Part shown: positions 39,001 to 53,273 of the stretch, piece after piece
How positions within the stretch are numbered: the first letter of the stretch is position 1
How the letters are laid out: each line of letters starts with the position of its first letter
Assembly (NCBI GenBank): GCA_964035545.1
Contig: OZ037769.1
Coordinates: 3,577,929 to 3,641,928 of the forward strand
Source of the DNA: Bugula neritina
Taxonomy: Eukaryota > Animalia > Bryozoa
DNA: 64,000 bases
Reading direction: 5' to 3'
Program-made: the position numbers and the translations under genes
Notes under the pieces: model-generated
The model's database searches: none
What the model was told of the DNA's origin: nothing
What the model saw: the letters and a program-made list of their open reading frames with translations, nothing else

Positions 39001-40216
39001 TGTAGACTTGTGATTTATACTTGTAGGTTGCTTTCAAGGACTTTTAGAAGTCAAGATGAACATGACTGACTCTGAAGTTACCCCACACTCATGCATTTCA
39101 ATGTGCAGCAGCAAAGGTATTCAATGAAATATCAGCATCTCATTGTGTGTTAGTTATAGCTATAGATGCAATCATAGGAAACGTTGATTAGCTCAGTAAA
39201 ATAATATTGTCAGTTCATGCCAATTTTATAAAAAAAACTAGTTATATGATAAAGAAAATGTGCGTAAATAGAATAGAAATATTTTATTTTAACACAGGCA
39301 GAACTGTGAATTTTATATTTGAAATATAACAACTATATATTGTCCCTAATTATGAAGATGAATAATGAATCTGAATTCAAAAGATCTATCCAAAATATTG
39401 TTGAAAATATTCCCTGTGCATGATTAGGACTAATCTTTTTTAAAAATTTGACATTAATCAAAATGTAAATGTAGAGGTAAACTTACCAAAACATAGATAT
39501 AGCGTGTATGTATATGTGTGTATGTATGTGTGTATGTATGTGTGTATGTATGTGTGTATGTATGTGTGTGTATGTACACTCACGCAAGTTTATAGTCACT
39601 ATCCCTGTGAGAAACCCCTGGTGGAAAGGGTTTTTGTTAAGGCTGGCTAAGGACTTATTTAAATGTGGCACAGGAGCAATTATGACTGGATGCTCTTCCT
39701 AACATCAGCAATGGCCTTTGTCCAGGCTCGAATCCATGGCCTCGTGTTTACTAGACAAAAGCTCTAACCCTTATACCACGGATGCTCCCTGTGTGTGTGT
39801 GAGTGTTTGTGTGTTTGTGCGTATGTGCGTATGTGCGTATGTGTGTATGTGTGTATGTATGTATAATGTATGCATGCATGCATGTATGTATGTATTTATG
39901 TATGTATATATGTATAATGTATGTATGTATTTATGTATGTATATATATGTATAATGTATGTATGTATGCATGTATGTATATATGTATAATGTATGTGTGT
40001 ATATAGAGCTAAAGCACAGTAATCTTTGTTTCAGGATACAACTTTGCAGGATTGACAAGTCCTGGAATCTGTTTCTGTGACCAGAAAGTTAACGGAATCA
40101 ACCGTATGGATGACAGTAGATGTGAGTTCAAGTGCAAAGCCGATCAAACTACTGTTTGTGGTTCTTCTAACGCAAGCTCTGTTTTTGAACTTTCAAGAAA
40201 GAAAGATTATTTTTAA
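36058..40216 (+). CDS. Gene B: PPxY N-terminus + CD225 + 2 WSC domains; exon 5 is 1 nt short (real frameshift or homopolymer error)
   Basis: Exons 36058-36255, 36582-36821, 37594-37651, 38064-38177, 38283-38449 (167 nt), 39027-39116 and 40035-40216. CD225-like WVWIVFAVIFCFPLGIIGAIFRHMAMLALENGD. WSC halves YVGCY...CILHCASKG / AGLERSTHCQCG...CGG and CFQG...CISMCSSKG / YNFAGL...CFCD...CG. Confidence 0.78.
37795..38009 (+). mobile_element. tRNA-derived SINE, near full length, with an 11-bp target-site duplication
   Basis: A-box-like tggtctaggggttaa and B-box gggttcaaaccc. TSD aaagtatatcc at 37784-37794 and 38010-38020. At least six related copies occur in the window. Confidence 0.88.
39578..39789 (-). 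mobile_element. tRNA-derived SINE copy flanked by (TGTA)n/(TG)n tracts
   Basis: Its reverse complement matches 37795-38009; B-box ggattcgagcc. Confidence 0.85.
39790..40005. repeat. Compound (TG)n/(TATG)n microsatellite
   Basis: Seen directly. Confidence 0.9.
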
Positions 40217-42038
40217 AGCTCATAGGACAACTTCTGTATCATTATTGATAGTTCAGTTGCTGCGTTTGATTAGTCTGTGGGCAATCAAATGGACATCCAA
40301 TGACAAATAAAGCATTATTTTCATTACTTTTTACAAGAATTTACTCTGCCAATGAACCATGCTTTTGTTTTTTTACAATTCATTTCTCACTTTTCTCTGC
40401 CCTTTTCTAATCAGGTGGCCGAGGTTCTACAACTCATTGGTGTTTTTATATTCCATCAACAGCTAGAAACAACATCATAGTTTGTTGCTGCCTTAGCTCA
40501 GCATATTGGAGTGTTCATATGTTGATTCTAGAACGCCACAGTATTTATTATCAGTTGGAAGTCAGAATTGTCCCATTAGAAATTGATTTGGAACAAATTC
40601 ATTATTATTTAAAGCTTTAACAAAACCTAATAATATAGTAGAGAAACGCATCAAATAAGCCAGAAAAGTAAATGACTAAGAAAAGCTGCAGATATATGTA
40701 TATAACTGGTGTTAAGAAACTATCTGTAGCAGCTCAGCATGGATTAAATCAATGTGTAACTAAACTGTTTACTAAATTAACTTGCACTGTTTCAACTAAT
40801 ACAAATAGTTCGATATTGCCACTGCTACACGCAAGTAATATAGAAGATTTCACATTCAAAATACAGTTTGTAGAATTTCTGAGCAGGTTTTGTAGTTAAT
40901 GTCCTCAAAAGATCATCTGACGATTAAACGCTAGTAACTTAAACTGACCATAATCAACCCATGTTTACACTAGCTTGAGAAATATATTTCGTAATAAAAA
41001 AAATGCTCGCATTAAACTATAATATATTCAAATGACACCCTTTGAGGCTTTGATGCATACAACATAAACTTCCTTTCTCCCAACACCCTATCTTGATGGA
41101 AAGGAACAATGGATGTATAGTTCAATGAGAACAAGTATATTCAGTAACTTAACCCACGGTATGTCAAGTGGCCACATGCATTGAATACGCCAGCATTGCT
41201 GGTTACTGAAGTAAAACTTAGAGAGTGTCGAAAGATTAGTATATCGTTGCACATATTATCTTAGTTGCACTTGTAATGCACTTCTTTTCATAGTTTTCAA
41301 CAACTATAGTTAGTAATATCAAATAGACATATTGTGCCAACTGGTACTAGATGAATCATATGATATCAGAATAGCACAATGCATGCTTTATGTGATATGA
41401 AATAATATGGCTTAGACTGTTCATATTTCTCAGTGTTCATAATGCAATATACATATAATATAAAACAACTTAATGACTTATGTGATCGCTGTACCATTAT
41501 ATATTTGAAAAGTTGGTTTGTTGAATAATAGTATTTTTTATTATGCAAGCTTTGTTTTTTGATGGAATGGTGTATTTGATTGATTCAAAGTTAATTTTTT
41601 AAATATTCTCTATGTTTTAGAATTTTTCAAATGTACATTTGCCCACTTTTTTACACCAGCTGAGGGAATAAAAACCTAATATATGTAGTCCTACAAGTGC
41701 TTAACTATCATTGTGGTTGTTAAATTACACTTTGCTATAATACATACTCTTTTGCATTAATACTTTTGATGACCAAAATGGTTTAAGTGCACACATCTGT
41801 TTTATAACAAAGTGCTTTTAGCATCACAAGCTGAAAAAGATAATCTGTCTAAACAGTTGACAATAATACTTATCATAGCAGTACAAACTAAAACGGCATA
41901 TGCCAACGCAGAAGTTTGCTGTTCAAAGGAATGATGAGACAAACAAGGGTACTATGTATCATGGTACTCTTCCCCAATTTTCTATATAGTTGAATATTTT
42001 ACAATGAAGCCAAAGTGTCTTTACTGCATAGAGAGTAA

Positions 42039-42409
42039 AGGCCTGGCCTCACACTCGTGAGAATCACACGAAATCGTGTGTCGATTTTCGTGAGTTATCC
42101 TCTCGTTAAGACCAGCCACACACTCGTTGGACTAAACACATAATAAATAATCCGTGAATGTGTCTTGCACAAACAACAAAAGATTGCCAAATAGAGAAAC
42201 GGGTAGAAATAAAATAATTACCATTGCTAAAATTCTATTGACCAATTAAATGGTACTTATTATCGATGGTAATTTTTCGTCTATCCTCATCGTTGTGTAC
42301 ACCCAACAATGACGATTTCGTCTGAATTCCTTCAAATTTTCTAGTACAAATGTTTTTTCGTGTCAAAGAGACGATTTCGTGTGATTCTCACGATAGTGAG
42401 GTCAAGCCT
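42039..42409. mobile_element. PIF/Harbinger (Tourist-type) MITE, 371 bp
   Basis: ~38-bp imperfect TIRs (aggcctggcctcacactcgtgagaatcacacgaaatcgt / acgatttcgtgtgattctcacgatagtgaggtcaagcct), with TAA on both sides (42036-42038, 42410-42412). Confidence 0.85.
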
Positions 42410-42442
42410 TAAGATACCAGAGAAGATGAATACAATATACTT

Positions 42443-42523
42443 GTTGACATTGTAACGTGACCAGCCTAATACACTGATGTAGTTGTATAGCTATAACTAT
42501 TAGGTGCATGTTCAACAGTGCAG
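42443..42523 (+). promoter_or_regulatory. Putative promoter and non-coding first exon of gene C
   Basis: Block conserved with ~49890-49979 and ~59573-59665, ending in donor cag|gtgagt. The coding exon of C, D and E begins ttttccag|caATG, which implies an upstream exon. Confidence 0.55.
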
Positions 42524-43470
42524 GTGAGTGACTTTTTAGAGACTAGGCTACCTGAATATATTACGGCTAACACAAATTTAATCTAGATTAAAAGGACAGC
42601 TCAAGCTTAATATGTACAGTTATTATTACAAAATACTATTTAAAGCATATGAACATGTTATATAATCACTCTTTATTTGTTAAAGTAGTTATAGTTAATC
42701 TATATTTTTATAGATGAAATACAATTTAATCAAGTTTCATTATTTTTAAGTTCAATTTGTATGTTTATAGCTAGGTTTTTGAAACGTTATTTGATAACTT
42801 TGATTGATAACTTTGATTGATAACTTGTTCTGAAATTATCAGAAACTCTTCATACAGGTTTGATGCAAATTTACATTCTAAAATGTAATGACCACTAGAA
42901 AATTTGTAAAACTCAATTACTCAGTGAGTCAACAATTTTATATTCTGTCTACAAATTTGTACTGAATCTACCGCTAGTGTTTTAACATTATTACAAATAA
43001 CAGCAGCCTTTTATTCATTGTAAAGTCTATAACCAATGATATGTACTAACTACAAAGAAAAAGCAGTTTTCTTAGCTATAATTGGCGGCTATTTTTTATA
43101 GAAAGCTGGCTTTATATAGCTCTTGGTTAAAAACAATGCCAACAATATGATAAATTTTAGCTTTTCAAGTAAATGAAATAGCAGCAGTGAAACCAAAGAT
43201 TAGGTGCTTGTTGAACAACAATTGAATGACGAAGAAAAAAATCAATTGGTTATTGAGTCCTATTATGTTGCTTTTGTATTGGAATTGCGCTAAGCTTACA
43301 TAATTATTGCATTCAACTTTGAAAGGAGGAAAGAACTTCACGTTAAGGCATAAGGTATACAAGGAACTTCAGTATAAAATAAGTAAATAAACCACTCCAC
43401 AAGTCGCGTTGATCAGTTGAATTCTTCTAACTAACCAGGGTGATTGTGATACATTCATTCTTTTCCAGCA

Positions 43471-45216
43471 ATGTCTGAGAAGAATCAGTACAACACCGAC
43501 CTTCCCCCCTCTTATGAGGTCAGTTCTGGATTCTCCCAGAATGCTTATGCCACACCAGGCTCTGTGCAGGCTGGTTATGCTACCCCAGGCTCTGTACAGG
43601 CTGGTTATGCCACACCAGGCTTTGAACAGGCTGGTCATGCTTCGGTTGGATATTTATCTGGTCATGTGACTACCTTGCCCACTTCCTTTCCGGCATGTTC
43701 TCCAGGGGTAAGAATGATTCATCAGCCAGGAGGGCCTTTGTCAGAGGTGAGCTAATATTTTATAAATCTTAAATAACAAGACAGAAATTGTATTACAAAC
43801 AGCATGCAAATAAAGCAATGGTTGAATATTTGTTGTTTTTTGTCTTCGATTTTGTAATACACTAATATTTTGAAATACGATCTTTTGCAAGGCTGATAAC
43901 TTTCATTGTTTTAAGAAATGGCATCTACGCCTTGAAAAACAAAAAATTCATTAGTTTAATATTGTAAATGTTGAAAGTCTAAAGCTATGCAATAGATTAC
44001 TTTTAAAATAATATTTGATATAAGTATATAACCTTGTTAAATGCTAAGTCACTAAAACTAAAAATTCATAGTATCACATGAATTGCTGGGTTAAAAGTGG
44101 GTTATAAGTAATAAAAAAATCAACATAGATATAATTTCATATAGAAATATGTATTTGTAACAAACCTTTCAATTGTAGAAATGCTTAACTTTTAATGCAA
44201 ATCAATTTAAACACGAAAAGCTAAAAGTTGTTGTTATAGAAAATAGACTGTATAGTTTGCCGTAAGGTTTTAATAACAAATACAATACTATAAGCTGTTT
44301 ACTAGCAGTGTATACCAAAATAAAAGGAATGTACAGGTTTTTGCTAATACGTAAACTGGTTGAAGCAGATAAAACTAGCCTAATGCTTGAAAAAAAAACA
44401 AGAGGCACTACTGAATTATTCAGTAAAACAATTATTATGCTGTTGACAAATAAAATGCTTAATAAACTATGAAAACTTTTTATTGAAAGCTTAAAAAACT
44501 TTCTTTATATATTTCAAGGCATCCCAGAAGAATGCTCAGCTCTGGTTTATTGCAGCCATTGTTACCTGCATACTTTTCTTTCCCTTTGGAATTCCTGCAG
44601 CAATATTTTGCGACAATGCAAAACAAGCAGCAAAAAGAGGAGACCACTTAAAATTTTTTAGGTGCCTAAGAATTGGCAAAGGACTGGTAGGAGCTGCCAT
44701 TGCCATATTCTCATTTATTGTGTTTACCATATCATCTAGGGTAAGTGTCAATAATAGCTTTAATATGACTGTTTGTATGTTAATCAGTTGAAGCTACTAT
44801 TTCCCTGCTTTGATAGTATTTTAGTCTACATGCAGTACATAAACAATTTACAGATCAAGGATAAAATAATCAATATGTGATAACTATGCGCAATATCTCT
44901 AATGCAAAAACTATTCACAAAAACATTATATTTATTTTTGCAGTTTTTGCTACAATGGCATAATCATCATCCTATTTTACTTTGGAACTTTGGGCATTCA
45001 GGATAATATTGCTTTGATAAATTATGAAGAGTATGACCATACTGTTGATCTAGAAAATACAATTTAAGTCATACTTGATAATTATAGGCTGTTATAATGC
45101 GAGTTTTTTGACGCATAAAAAGAAAAATGGGAGATCAAGTTAGCAACAAGGTAAGAAAATTATAATGCATCAGCATATACAAGTATTATGTATACACACA
45201 CACACGCACACACACG

Positions 45217-45255
<39 letters not shown>

Positions 45256-45945
45256 TTGAAAGTACTGTTCTAGACCTTGGGAATTTGGTTTAAAGTAATT
45301 GGAGGGCCGCATGACCATTTTTTCTGCTATTTATTGAAATAAATAAACTATTTTTCATATTGTTATTTTGGCTATAGAGCTTGATGCTAATAAAATTCTA
45401 GTTGGCTTAAACCGCAGCAAGTGACTCAAGTAGATCTAACGGAATTTTACCTCAACAAGGGAACAGCCCTGAGTTGGGGGGTAAAACATTGGCTTAGTTA
45501 GCATCAAGTCATGGGTTAAAAGCCATTGATTATGTTCGGAAGAGCATCCAGCCATAATTGTTCCTGTGCCTCATCTAAATAAGTCCTTAGCCCATTTCAA
45601 CAAAAAAACCTTTTTCACAGGAATGGCAACTATAAACTTGCGCGAGTTTTCTCATTAACTGTAAAAAGTTATTTGCAAAAACCTCTCCAACCATGTAAAA
45701 ATTGTGTTTGATTGCATTGTACAGGAAATTAGGAGATGTATTTATAATAGTGATCTCTTTGACTCTATTTGTTGTAGGGTATTACTATGTTAGCCTATTA
45801 GACGGTGGGAAATGTTTCTGTGATTATTCCACTTTTTGGAGACCACAAGTAGAAGATAACTCCTGCACCTATATTTATGTGTAGCTAGCCCCAGCAGTAT
45901 CTGTGGTTCAAACAAGACAGCAGTCTTTATAAAATATAATAAACT
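43471..45945 (+). pseudogene. Gene C: intact PPxY and CD225 exons, degenerate WSC part (truncated gene or pseudogene)
   Basis: Exons 43471-43746 and 44519-44740 are open. The next acceptor (44944) reaches TAA at 45004-45006, giving ~186 aa. A relic last WSC exon from 45778 (GYYYVSLLDGGKCFCD...SC) is frameshifted before CVASPSSICGS. Confidence 0.72.
45460..45650 (+). mobile_element. Degenerate tRNA-derived SINE copy
   Basis: Shares gagcatccagccataattg..cctgtgcctcat...aagtccttagccc...aactataaacttgcg with the family. Confidence 0.75.
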
Positions 45946-47118
45946 TACTAATTACAGACATATTATAAAGGTTTATGCAGGTTTAGATGTCATTTATCTC
46001 TAACTTTTCAATCTAATATATTCTTATACATCAAATTTTTATTTACTCAAGACTGCTAAAAAATATAGTAATAGTAAGCAAAGTCCTAACTTGTTTTTTA
46101 TAAGCAGACTTGTGATGTAGTGCTATCAAAAAAGAAAAAAAATGATATTTTATGTTAAACTTTTTAACATATTTTAAGAGCTTTATGATGAGGTATTTGC
46201 CAACTAATCTTTATTCCATGTTCAAAGCTCAATACTGGTTTTATTTTTATATATACAATGTAGAGTTCCTTCACATTAAAGCATTTGCTGTGATCATGGG
46301 TGAGTTTTACTTGGCACATTCACATCCTATCTCATTTCACTTAGTTCACAATCATAATCTCTGCTGCTTTAGAGGTTTTGGAATTTTACAGTAATAGGCA
46401 GTGTTTTGAAATAATGTATACTATATCATATTATGCCATTAAATTTAAGTAACAAATTTTGTAAATTTTTTGAGTCCTTGTATTGTAAAGCTGTTATATT
46501 TGTAATAAATTCAGCAATTGCTAACTACCATACTCTTAGTAAATTTTGTGCTCATGGAACAAAAAGTACTTTACAAAACTTACAATTTGCAGCAAAATCA
46601 AAAGTGTAAGCTCTTTGCCGCTTTATGATTATAAGCAGTAATTTGAAATAATATTTCACGATATTTCATAGAATAAGATATTATTTCGTCTGCTGAACGC
46701 TAATTTTGAAGAGACTTTGGTTCATTATTATTAATAATATAAGTTCACTAAAGTCAAGTATGCAATGCTGATTTTTTGCAACAGCAAACAATTGTAAAGC
46801 TAGAATTAATATGCTAGATTAGACAAGCAGCAACTAGGAGTTCACCTGGCATCTTAAACATCAAATTAAAGTCAGCGCACAAAGAGAAGAGCCTTTAATT
46901 ATTACGTAGCATCAATAACACACTGATGAGCGGTTGATGAATGCAACAAAGCTGTTTAAAGTATAATATGCCTATGCCAGATAACTTAGTACAGGGGTTT
47001 CCAACCTTTTCAGGGTGAGGGCTTTGTAAACCTCTCATTCACACTTTGCCATATCGTACGCTGTAACAGCAAATATCAGTTATATTTACAAATGTCCGAG
47101 CTGTCTGTACGGTGTACC

Positions 47119-48887
47119 CAGGGATGTAGTGGTACCCATACGGCCCCATACGCCGTATGGCCTAGAAGAAATTAGACTGTTCTAGGCCATACGCCTGTAT
47201 GGGCATAATTATTTTTGAAAGATGATTAGTACACAGGAGGGTTTGGGCATCCTCACTGAGAATATCATAAATTTCGCTCACAATCTAATTTAAGTTGTTG
47301 TTATGTTAATGCTATGTGGGTGGCATGCGTGTTGCCTACTTGTGATTGTTTAGCCTGAGATTACACTATGAATGATATTATGCAGCTATCAACATTCCAT
47401 CTTCTTATCACTACGTGTTCACTGAAGCGGAAGTGCTGTGCATTGGTGATTACTAAGGAGAAAATCTTTCATTTTCGGTGTATAAATCTATGAAGGCTAT
47501 TAAAAAGATCAAAAAAATTGCCATAAATAAATTTCTCAGGTTTCTGACAGTGTTTGTTCTATTCGAATACCATACTTTCCTGCTGAGATATTTGGCAGGG
47601 ATTGAAAAATAAATTTTTCAGGTAAAATTGGCCAAAAATGGGTAGATTTTTGTCTATAACTTTGCAAAAAAATATTGAAAACTAAAAAAGCAGGTGCTTT
47701 GAAGAACAGGAAGATCTAAAACATGGTTTTTAAATTTTAATTCTAGCACAATTAAGTGAGGTTTTATTTGGCTGGACTGAATTCTTATAATATACCAATA
47801 ATGTGGCCTCAGCAAGGCAGTGACAGCTAGAAGGTTGCCTTTATCCATCTTGTGTGGACTTGCATTTTGTTGATAAGCAATGGAATTTAGAAAAAACCAA
47901 CATGAAATCCAGAAATAAAATCAAATTGTATTCAAGAAACAGTACCAGGTGTGTAGGAGAGGCTAATGAAAATTTATCACTGAGGTCTACAGGTACTATA
48001 TCCACATTTTGGTCAAAAACCTAGCGTTATTGCATGTTAATTATCAATGCAATAAGGTTTTGCAAACTGTACACCACTATAAGTAACCTTTTATGTTTGA
48101 TTGTACCAATGTCTGGCTTTACATTTAATCATCTTCTAGGTTAACACATATTAAACCTGTAAAATTTCTTCTTTTGGGGTATATTTCCTTGATGTATTTA
48201 GTGGAAGCTCAGGGGTTTTATTTTAAAACCAAGTTAACATACTCTTCTTGGGTGTGCTTTATTGTGTGTAAGGAGGTGTGGCGGTATCACCTTATATATT
48301 AGACTAGTACCCTATGAAAGTCCTAACAGGTTTTCAACCAATTTCTGTTTGCCAATGAATTATCAATTCAAATTGCTCTTTATAAATAACCAACACACAT
48401 CTTTTGATTAGCAATCTTCCTTTGTTCTGATCTATTATTCTTTTTTGTGCAGTGTATTAGTGTGCAGTGTATTAGTTATTTGAAGTAATCAGGTTGCATT
48501 TGAAGAGCACTTGTTACCTGCCTCTATCCTTCCATCTTTTTGAGATATTTAGCAATTTTTCTGTACGGGTTGAACTTAGTGTCAGAACAAACTTATAAAC
48601 TGCAGTTGAGTAAGACTACATCACATTACAGTCAACAGGTATGGGACAATACTGAATATTTATATAATTTGCAGCAATGCCCAGTCATCATATAGCTGGT
48701 ATGGTATGAAAATAATAGCGAGGTGCACATTTCAACACAGATTTTTTTCAGAAGAATTATAATTCACAATGGCTTTAAATTGCATAAATTTGCATCAGAA
48801 GTGCTCTGAGAGCTTCGGCGGCAGGGGCGCTGCCCCGGACCCCGGCCTCAGAGTATGGCCTAGAATATTTTTGCCACTACATCCCTG
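47119..48887. mobile_element. Non-autonomous hAT-type DNA transposon, ~1.77 kb
   Basis: 14-bp TIRs cagggatgtagtgg / ccactacatccctg and a perfect 8-bp TSD ggtgtacc (47111-47118, 48888-48895). No transposase ORF. Confidence 0.9.
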
Positions 48888-49889
48888 GGTGTACCCTGTT
48901 GCAGTATGTTAGGATGCAGCGCTGCTTGATTAAAAAAAGTTGCGAAAAAGGGAGGAGGGGGGGGGGTTCCTAAGAGACAGAAAAATTTTTGTGTCAACTC
49001 ATAGGATATAAATGTCCAATGAGGTGTCATAGATTGTACCCAATAGAGAACATATTAAAATGGTTAATATTTTACGTTACGGTACTGCAAAGTGTGAGTG
49101 AGGGGTAAAGTTTAGCTTGAGCCAGGGGCCATGATGACAATATTTTTGAAGTTACTTTATTCTAAATTTTTACGAATTTCTACACAATGGAGTCCAACTA
49201 ACTATTACAGGTTGTATGCGTTGTAGCATGTAATGCATGTAAGTGAGTGATTTTAAAGTAGCTTTCAACTCAAAGTAGGCAAAATAGTTTTATTTGTTAT
49301 TTCTTTGAGGTCTACATAAATGTAGGCTTGTTCCCCTTCTAACAATTATAACACAAAACTGTAACATGATCAGAGCAAATAGAAACTAAAACAACATACA
49401 CTATGTAAGCAGAAGTTTGTTGATACAAGGAATAATGAGACATGCTACTCTGTCATGTTACTCTTTTTGATTTTCTATATAGTTGAAGATTCTATGATCA
49501 ATTTTGAAAAGTAGAATAGATATTTTTATTGAGTATATACAAGAACAGCAGTGACATGCTTATTACTGCTCAGCTGTACTGAATGCATTCAGCTACATGT
49601 GACTGAAGGTGATTAGAATATCTATGAAATCATATGTAATTATAGTACAGATAATCTTTTGACTTTGAACTCTTGTGTAAAATTTACACAATTTACCGAA
49701 TCATCTCTATTTAATAGAGATGATTCAGTATTAACTGATTAAATGTTTTTATTAGCAGCATATGTAGATGTATGTATATCTATATGGTATAATCTATATG
49801 GTATAATCTATATCTATGTGTGTATACCTATGCAGTATGCAGGGAGTAAGATAACTCCTAAGGTACAGATAAGATTGTTAAATTATTTG

Positions 49890-49979
49890 TTGACATTGTG
49901 GCGCATAGTCACGTGATCAGCTGTCTACGCTGATGCAGTTAGCTATAGTCATTAGGTGTGTGCAACTTCAACAGTGTAG
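49890..49979 (+). promoter_or_regulatory. Putative promoter and non-coding first exon of gene D, with E-box gtcacgtgat and a GC-type donor
   Basis: Conserved with the blocks upstream of C and E. gtcacgtgat at 49908-49917; donor tag|gcaagt where the paralogues have GT. Confidence 0.55.
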
Positions 49980-50760
49980 GCAAGTAGCACAATTTCACAC
50001 AACATACTATAGTTATAACTGGCTGTAGGCTATATATGTATGTTATTTGAAAGAGTGACATATGTCTCTGGTACAAAAGACCCAAAAGAAATGTTATTAT
50101 AATCACTTTGTATTCTTTACAGTAATTATACTAATAAATTATAGTTGTAGTCTATAGTAATTGTAGTAGAAATTGACATTAAATTTACACAAAGTTTATC
50201 ATTTTCAAAAGTGAACTTAAATGTTTATCAGATATTATTGCAGCACCACTTTTGTCTATAGACTATACCACTATTTTGCACAGAAATGACAATCCTTAGA
50301 TATCATAATAACATGATCATGATGTGGGTTCTAAACTTTGATTACACTTTTAAAGTTAGTTAACTTACACCTGCATTCAAATGTAAAGTTGTCTTTATAC
50401 CTCTGCTGAAAAAAGTGCCGAGTTTAAGTTAAAAATGCTTGTCCGGGTACCCCTTTATAGTTTATAGTCAAACTGTAACTCGTTGAAATCATATTGATGC
50501 GGTTGCTCACTTTCTGAAATTGAAATTTTACTCGCATAATAGCTATTTGATGCCCTTTGTAAACGTCGTGAATTAGTGAAGCGCACAGCATAAAAGCGAT
50601 AATTGAGAAGGCGTAGGCTATATAATTATAACCGTATAAGTACGCTATCTAATCGCCAAAGTAATAACTAAATAACGATGTTTACAAGGAGTTATTACTC
50701 CTATTCTGAAATTGGCCGATTAAATTATCACGGTACAAATTTTTTTACGAGTGGCTTTTA

Positions 50761-51927
50761 TAGCTTATTCACACACGACAGTTTTTTGTTCGTTGGGTCC
50801 GACGAATGCCCAACTAACAAACATCGCACCTCTTTGTCGCAATAGTAGTGTATAGTTGCTTAGCAACAGTGCTTTTACTAGTAAAGTTGTTACTAGTTAA
50901 ATTCAACGATAAATAGGTAAAAATTTTGCGTTAATAAAATAATTATTATCAACTATGAAACATTTAAATAATGACAAATTTAAAATTTACTAGCTAAACA
51001 AAAGCTAAAAATTTAGTAGATTTATGTTTAACAAAAGTTGGACTGTTAGAAGGAAATAAAAATGACACGTGAAACTGCAATACCATCACCATGTTCGTGT
51101 TTTTATATCTAACTCAAACTAATTATTTATTTTTTCATAGCCTTTCATTACTTATTCTACTTATAATTTTATTTTTGCTAAATAAGAAATTAAAATGACC
51201 TGTTTTATAGTAGTTTCTCTATAAAAGAACTATAGCTAGGACGTTTTAGCTGGAACAATTATGAAATATAATAGAAGTTGGTAGTGTCTACTTTAGGTGA
51301 AATGATTCAGTTGCATCAGTTTCAATTTAACTACATTTTAACTTTTTTTCAAGTCACTGCTACTCATTATGCACATCAACTCAGTTGCCTACGTGTATCT
51401 TTGTATTCAGGATCACAAAGATCATACTGATACAGTGCAGCTGGTCAAGCTATGATGATTTCTATAAAAAAACGTACTTCCGTCATGAAAACTGCTTGAA
51501 ATAATTTTAAAATGCTGCTGACTAGCAAAATAATATGCTTCCTACAAATTTGCTCATTTTATTTAATTAGCAATTATTATTATTAATATTACTAAAATAT
51601 TGATTATTTAGTTTAGTTACAATACCGCAATGTTTGCCATGTGCATTATGCCCGCGCTTTTTGCTTTTTTAAATAAGCCAATGATGTGCGATCAGATAAA
51701 ATTCTTCAGCTGAAACCTAGCTGGGTCAGGTTCTAACGAAACTGTGAAAAGTCAATTATGTGATCCAAAACTAACAAACTTTTCTGCTGTCAGACCAATC
51801 AAAGAACGCTAGTTTGGCGCAATTGACGCAAATGTCCGATCACGTGATCCAAAACTAACAAAAATTGTATTCGTCGTGCCATTTTGGTCCGCTATTCGTC
51901 CAATTCGTTGATCGTGTGAACAAGCTA
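50761..51927. mobile_element. PIF/Harbinger-type non-autonomous element, copy 1 (~1.17 kb)
   Basis: TIRs tagcttattcacac / gtgtgaacaagcta, with TTA at 50758-50760 and 51928-51930. Confidence 0.85.
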
Positions 51928-51930
51928 TTA

Positions 51931-53092
51931 TAGCTTATTCACACACGACGTTTTTTGTTCGTTGGGTCTGACAAATGCCCAACTAACAAACATCGCACCT
52001 CTTTGTTGCGCCAGCATGCAATAGTAGTGTATATAGTTGCTTAGCAACAGTGCTTTTACTAGTAAAGTTGTGACTAGTTAAATTTAACGATAACTAAGTA
52101 AAAATTATGCGTTAAGAAAATAATTATAATTAAATATGAAACATTTAAATTATGTCAAATTTATTAGCTAAACAAAAGCTAAAGATCTAGTAGATTTATG
52201 TTTAACAACAGTTGGGCTGTGAAAAGGAAATGAAAATGATCATAAAACTCCAATGCCGTAGTCGTGCTTTTATATCAAACTCAAGCTGAATATTTATTTT
52301 TTCATAGCCTTTCATTACTTATTCTACTTATATTTTTTATTGTTGCTAAATAAAAAATTAAAATTACCTGTTTTATAGTAGTTTTTCTATAAAAGAACTA
52401 TAGCTAAGATGTTTCAGCTGAAACAATTATAAGATAAAATAGAAGTTGGTAGTGTCTACTTTAGGTGAAATGATTCAGTTGCATCAGTTTCAATTTAACT
52501 ACATTTTAACTTGTTTCAAGTCACTGCTACTCATTGTGCACATCGACTCAGTTGCTTACGTGCATCTTTGTATTCAGGATCACAAAGATCATACTGATAC
52601 AGTGCAGCTGGTCAAGCTATGATAATTTCTATAAAAAACGTACTTCCGCTATGAAAACTGCTTGAAATAATTTTAAGATGCTGCTGACTAGCAAAATAAT
52701 ATGCTTCCTACAAATTTGCTTATTTTAATTAATTATATTTATTATTATTAATATTACTAAAATATTGATTATTTAATTTAGTTACAATGCCGCAATGTTT
52801 GCCATGTGAATTATGCCCGCGCTCTTTGCTTTTTTAAATAGGCCAATGATGTGCAATCAGATAAAATTCGTCAGCTGAAACCTTGCTGGGTCAGGTTCCA
52901 ACGAAACTGTGAAAAGTGGATCACGTGATCCAAAACGAACAAACTTTTCTGCTGTCAGACCAATCAAAGAACACTAGTTTAGCGCATTTGACGCAATTGT
53001 CCGATCACGTAATCCAAAACTAACAAAATTTGTATTCGTTGTGCCATTTTGGTTCGCTATTCGTCCAATTCGTTGATCGTGTGAATAAGCTA
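51931..53092. mobile_element. PIF/Harbinger-type non-autonomous element, copy 2, in direct tandem with copy 1
   Basis: TIRs tagcttattcacac / gtgtgaataagcta, with TTA at 51928-51930 and 53093-53095. Similar but not identical to copy 1. Confidence 0.85.
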
Positions 53093-53273
53093 TTACGATG
53101 CAATGTAACTCGGAGAAATTTCAACCCGGCCAAATTGAAGTTCTGACCGAAAATCGTGAAGGTATAAAAGCAACTTTAGTTGTACCAACATATCTATACA
53201 GTTTTATGTTCAGCATATAAACTGTGTTAAAGAATTACAAACAGCTGCAGCTCTTTATCAATGTTTTCCAGCA

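Larger units (their letters stand above)
50387..53175. mobile_element. TIR element in intron 1 of gene D that hosts two nested MITE-like elements
   Basis: Ends agttgtctttatacct / aggtataaaagcaact, flanked by TAA and TTA. The empty site aaatg-taa-gttgtac is present in gene E at ~60041-60055. Confidence 0.75.

Noticed and set aside
46992-47110. Outer hAT-type MITE starting caggggtttccaacctttt
   Set aside because: No matching right TIR or TSD could be found after 48895, so it is not reported as a feature.
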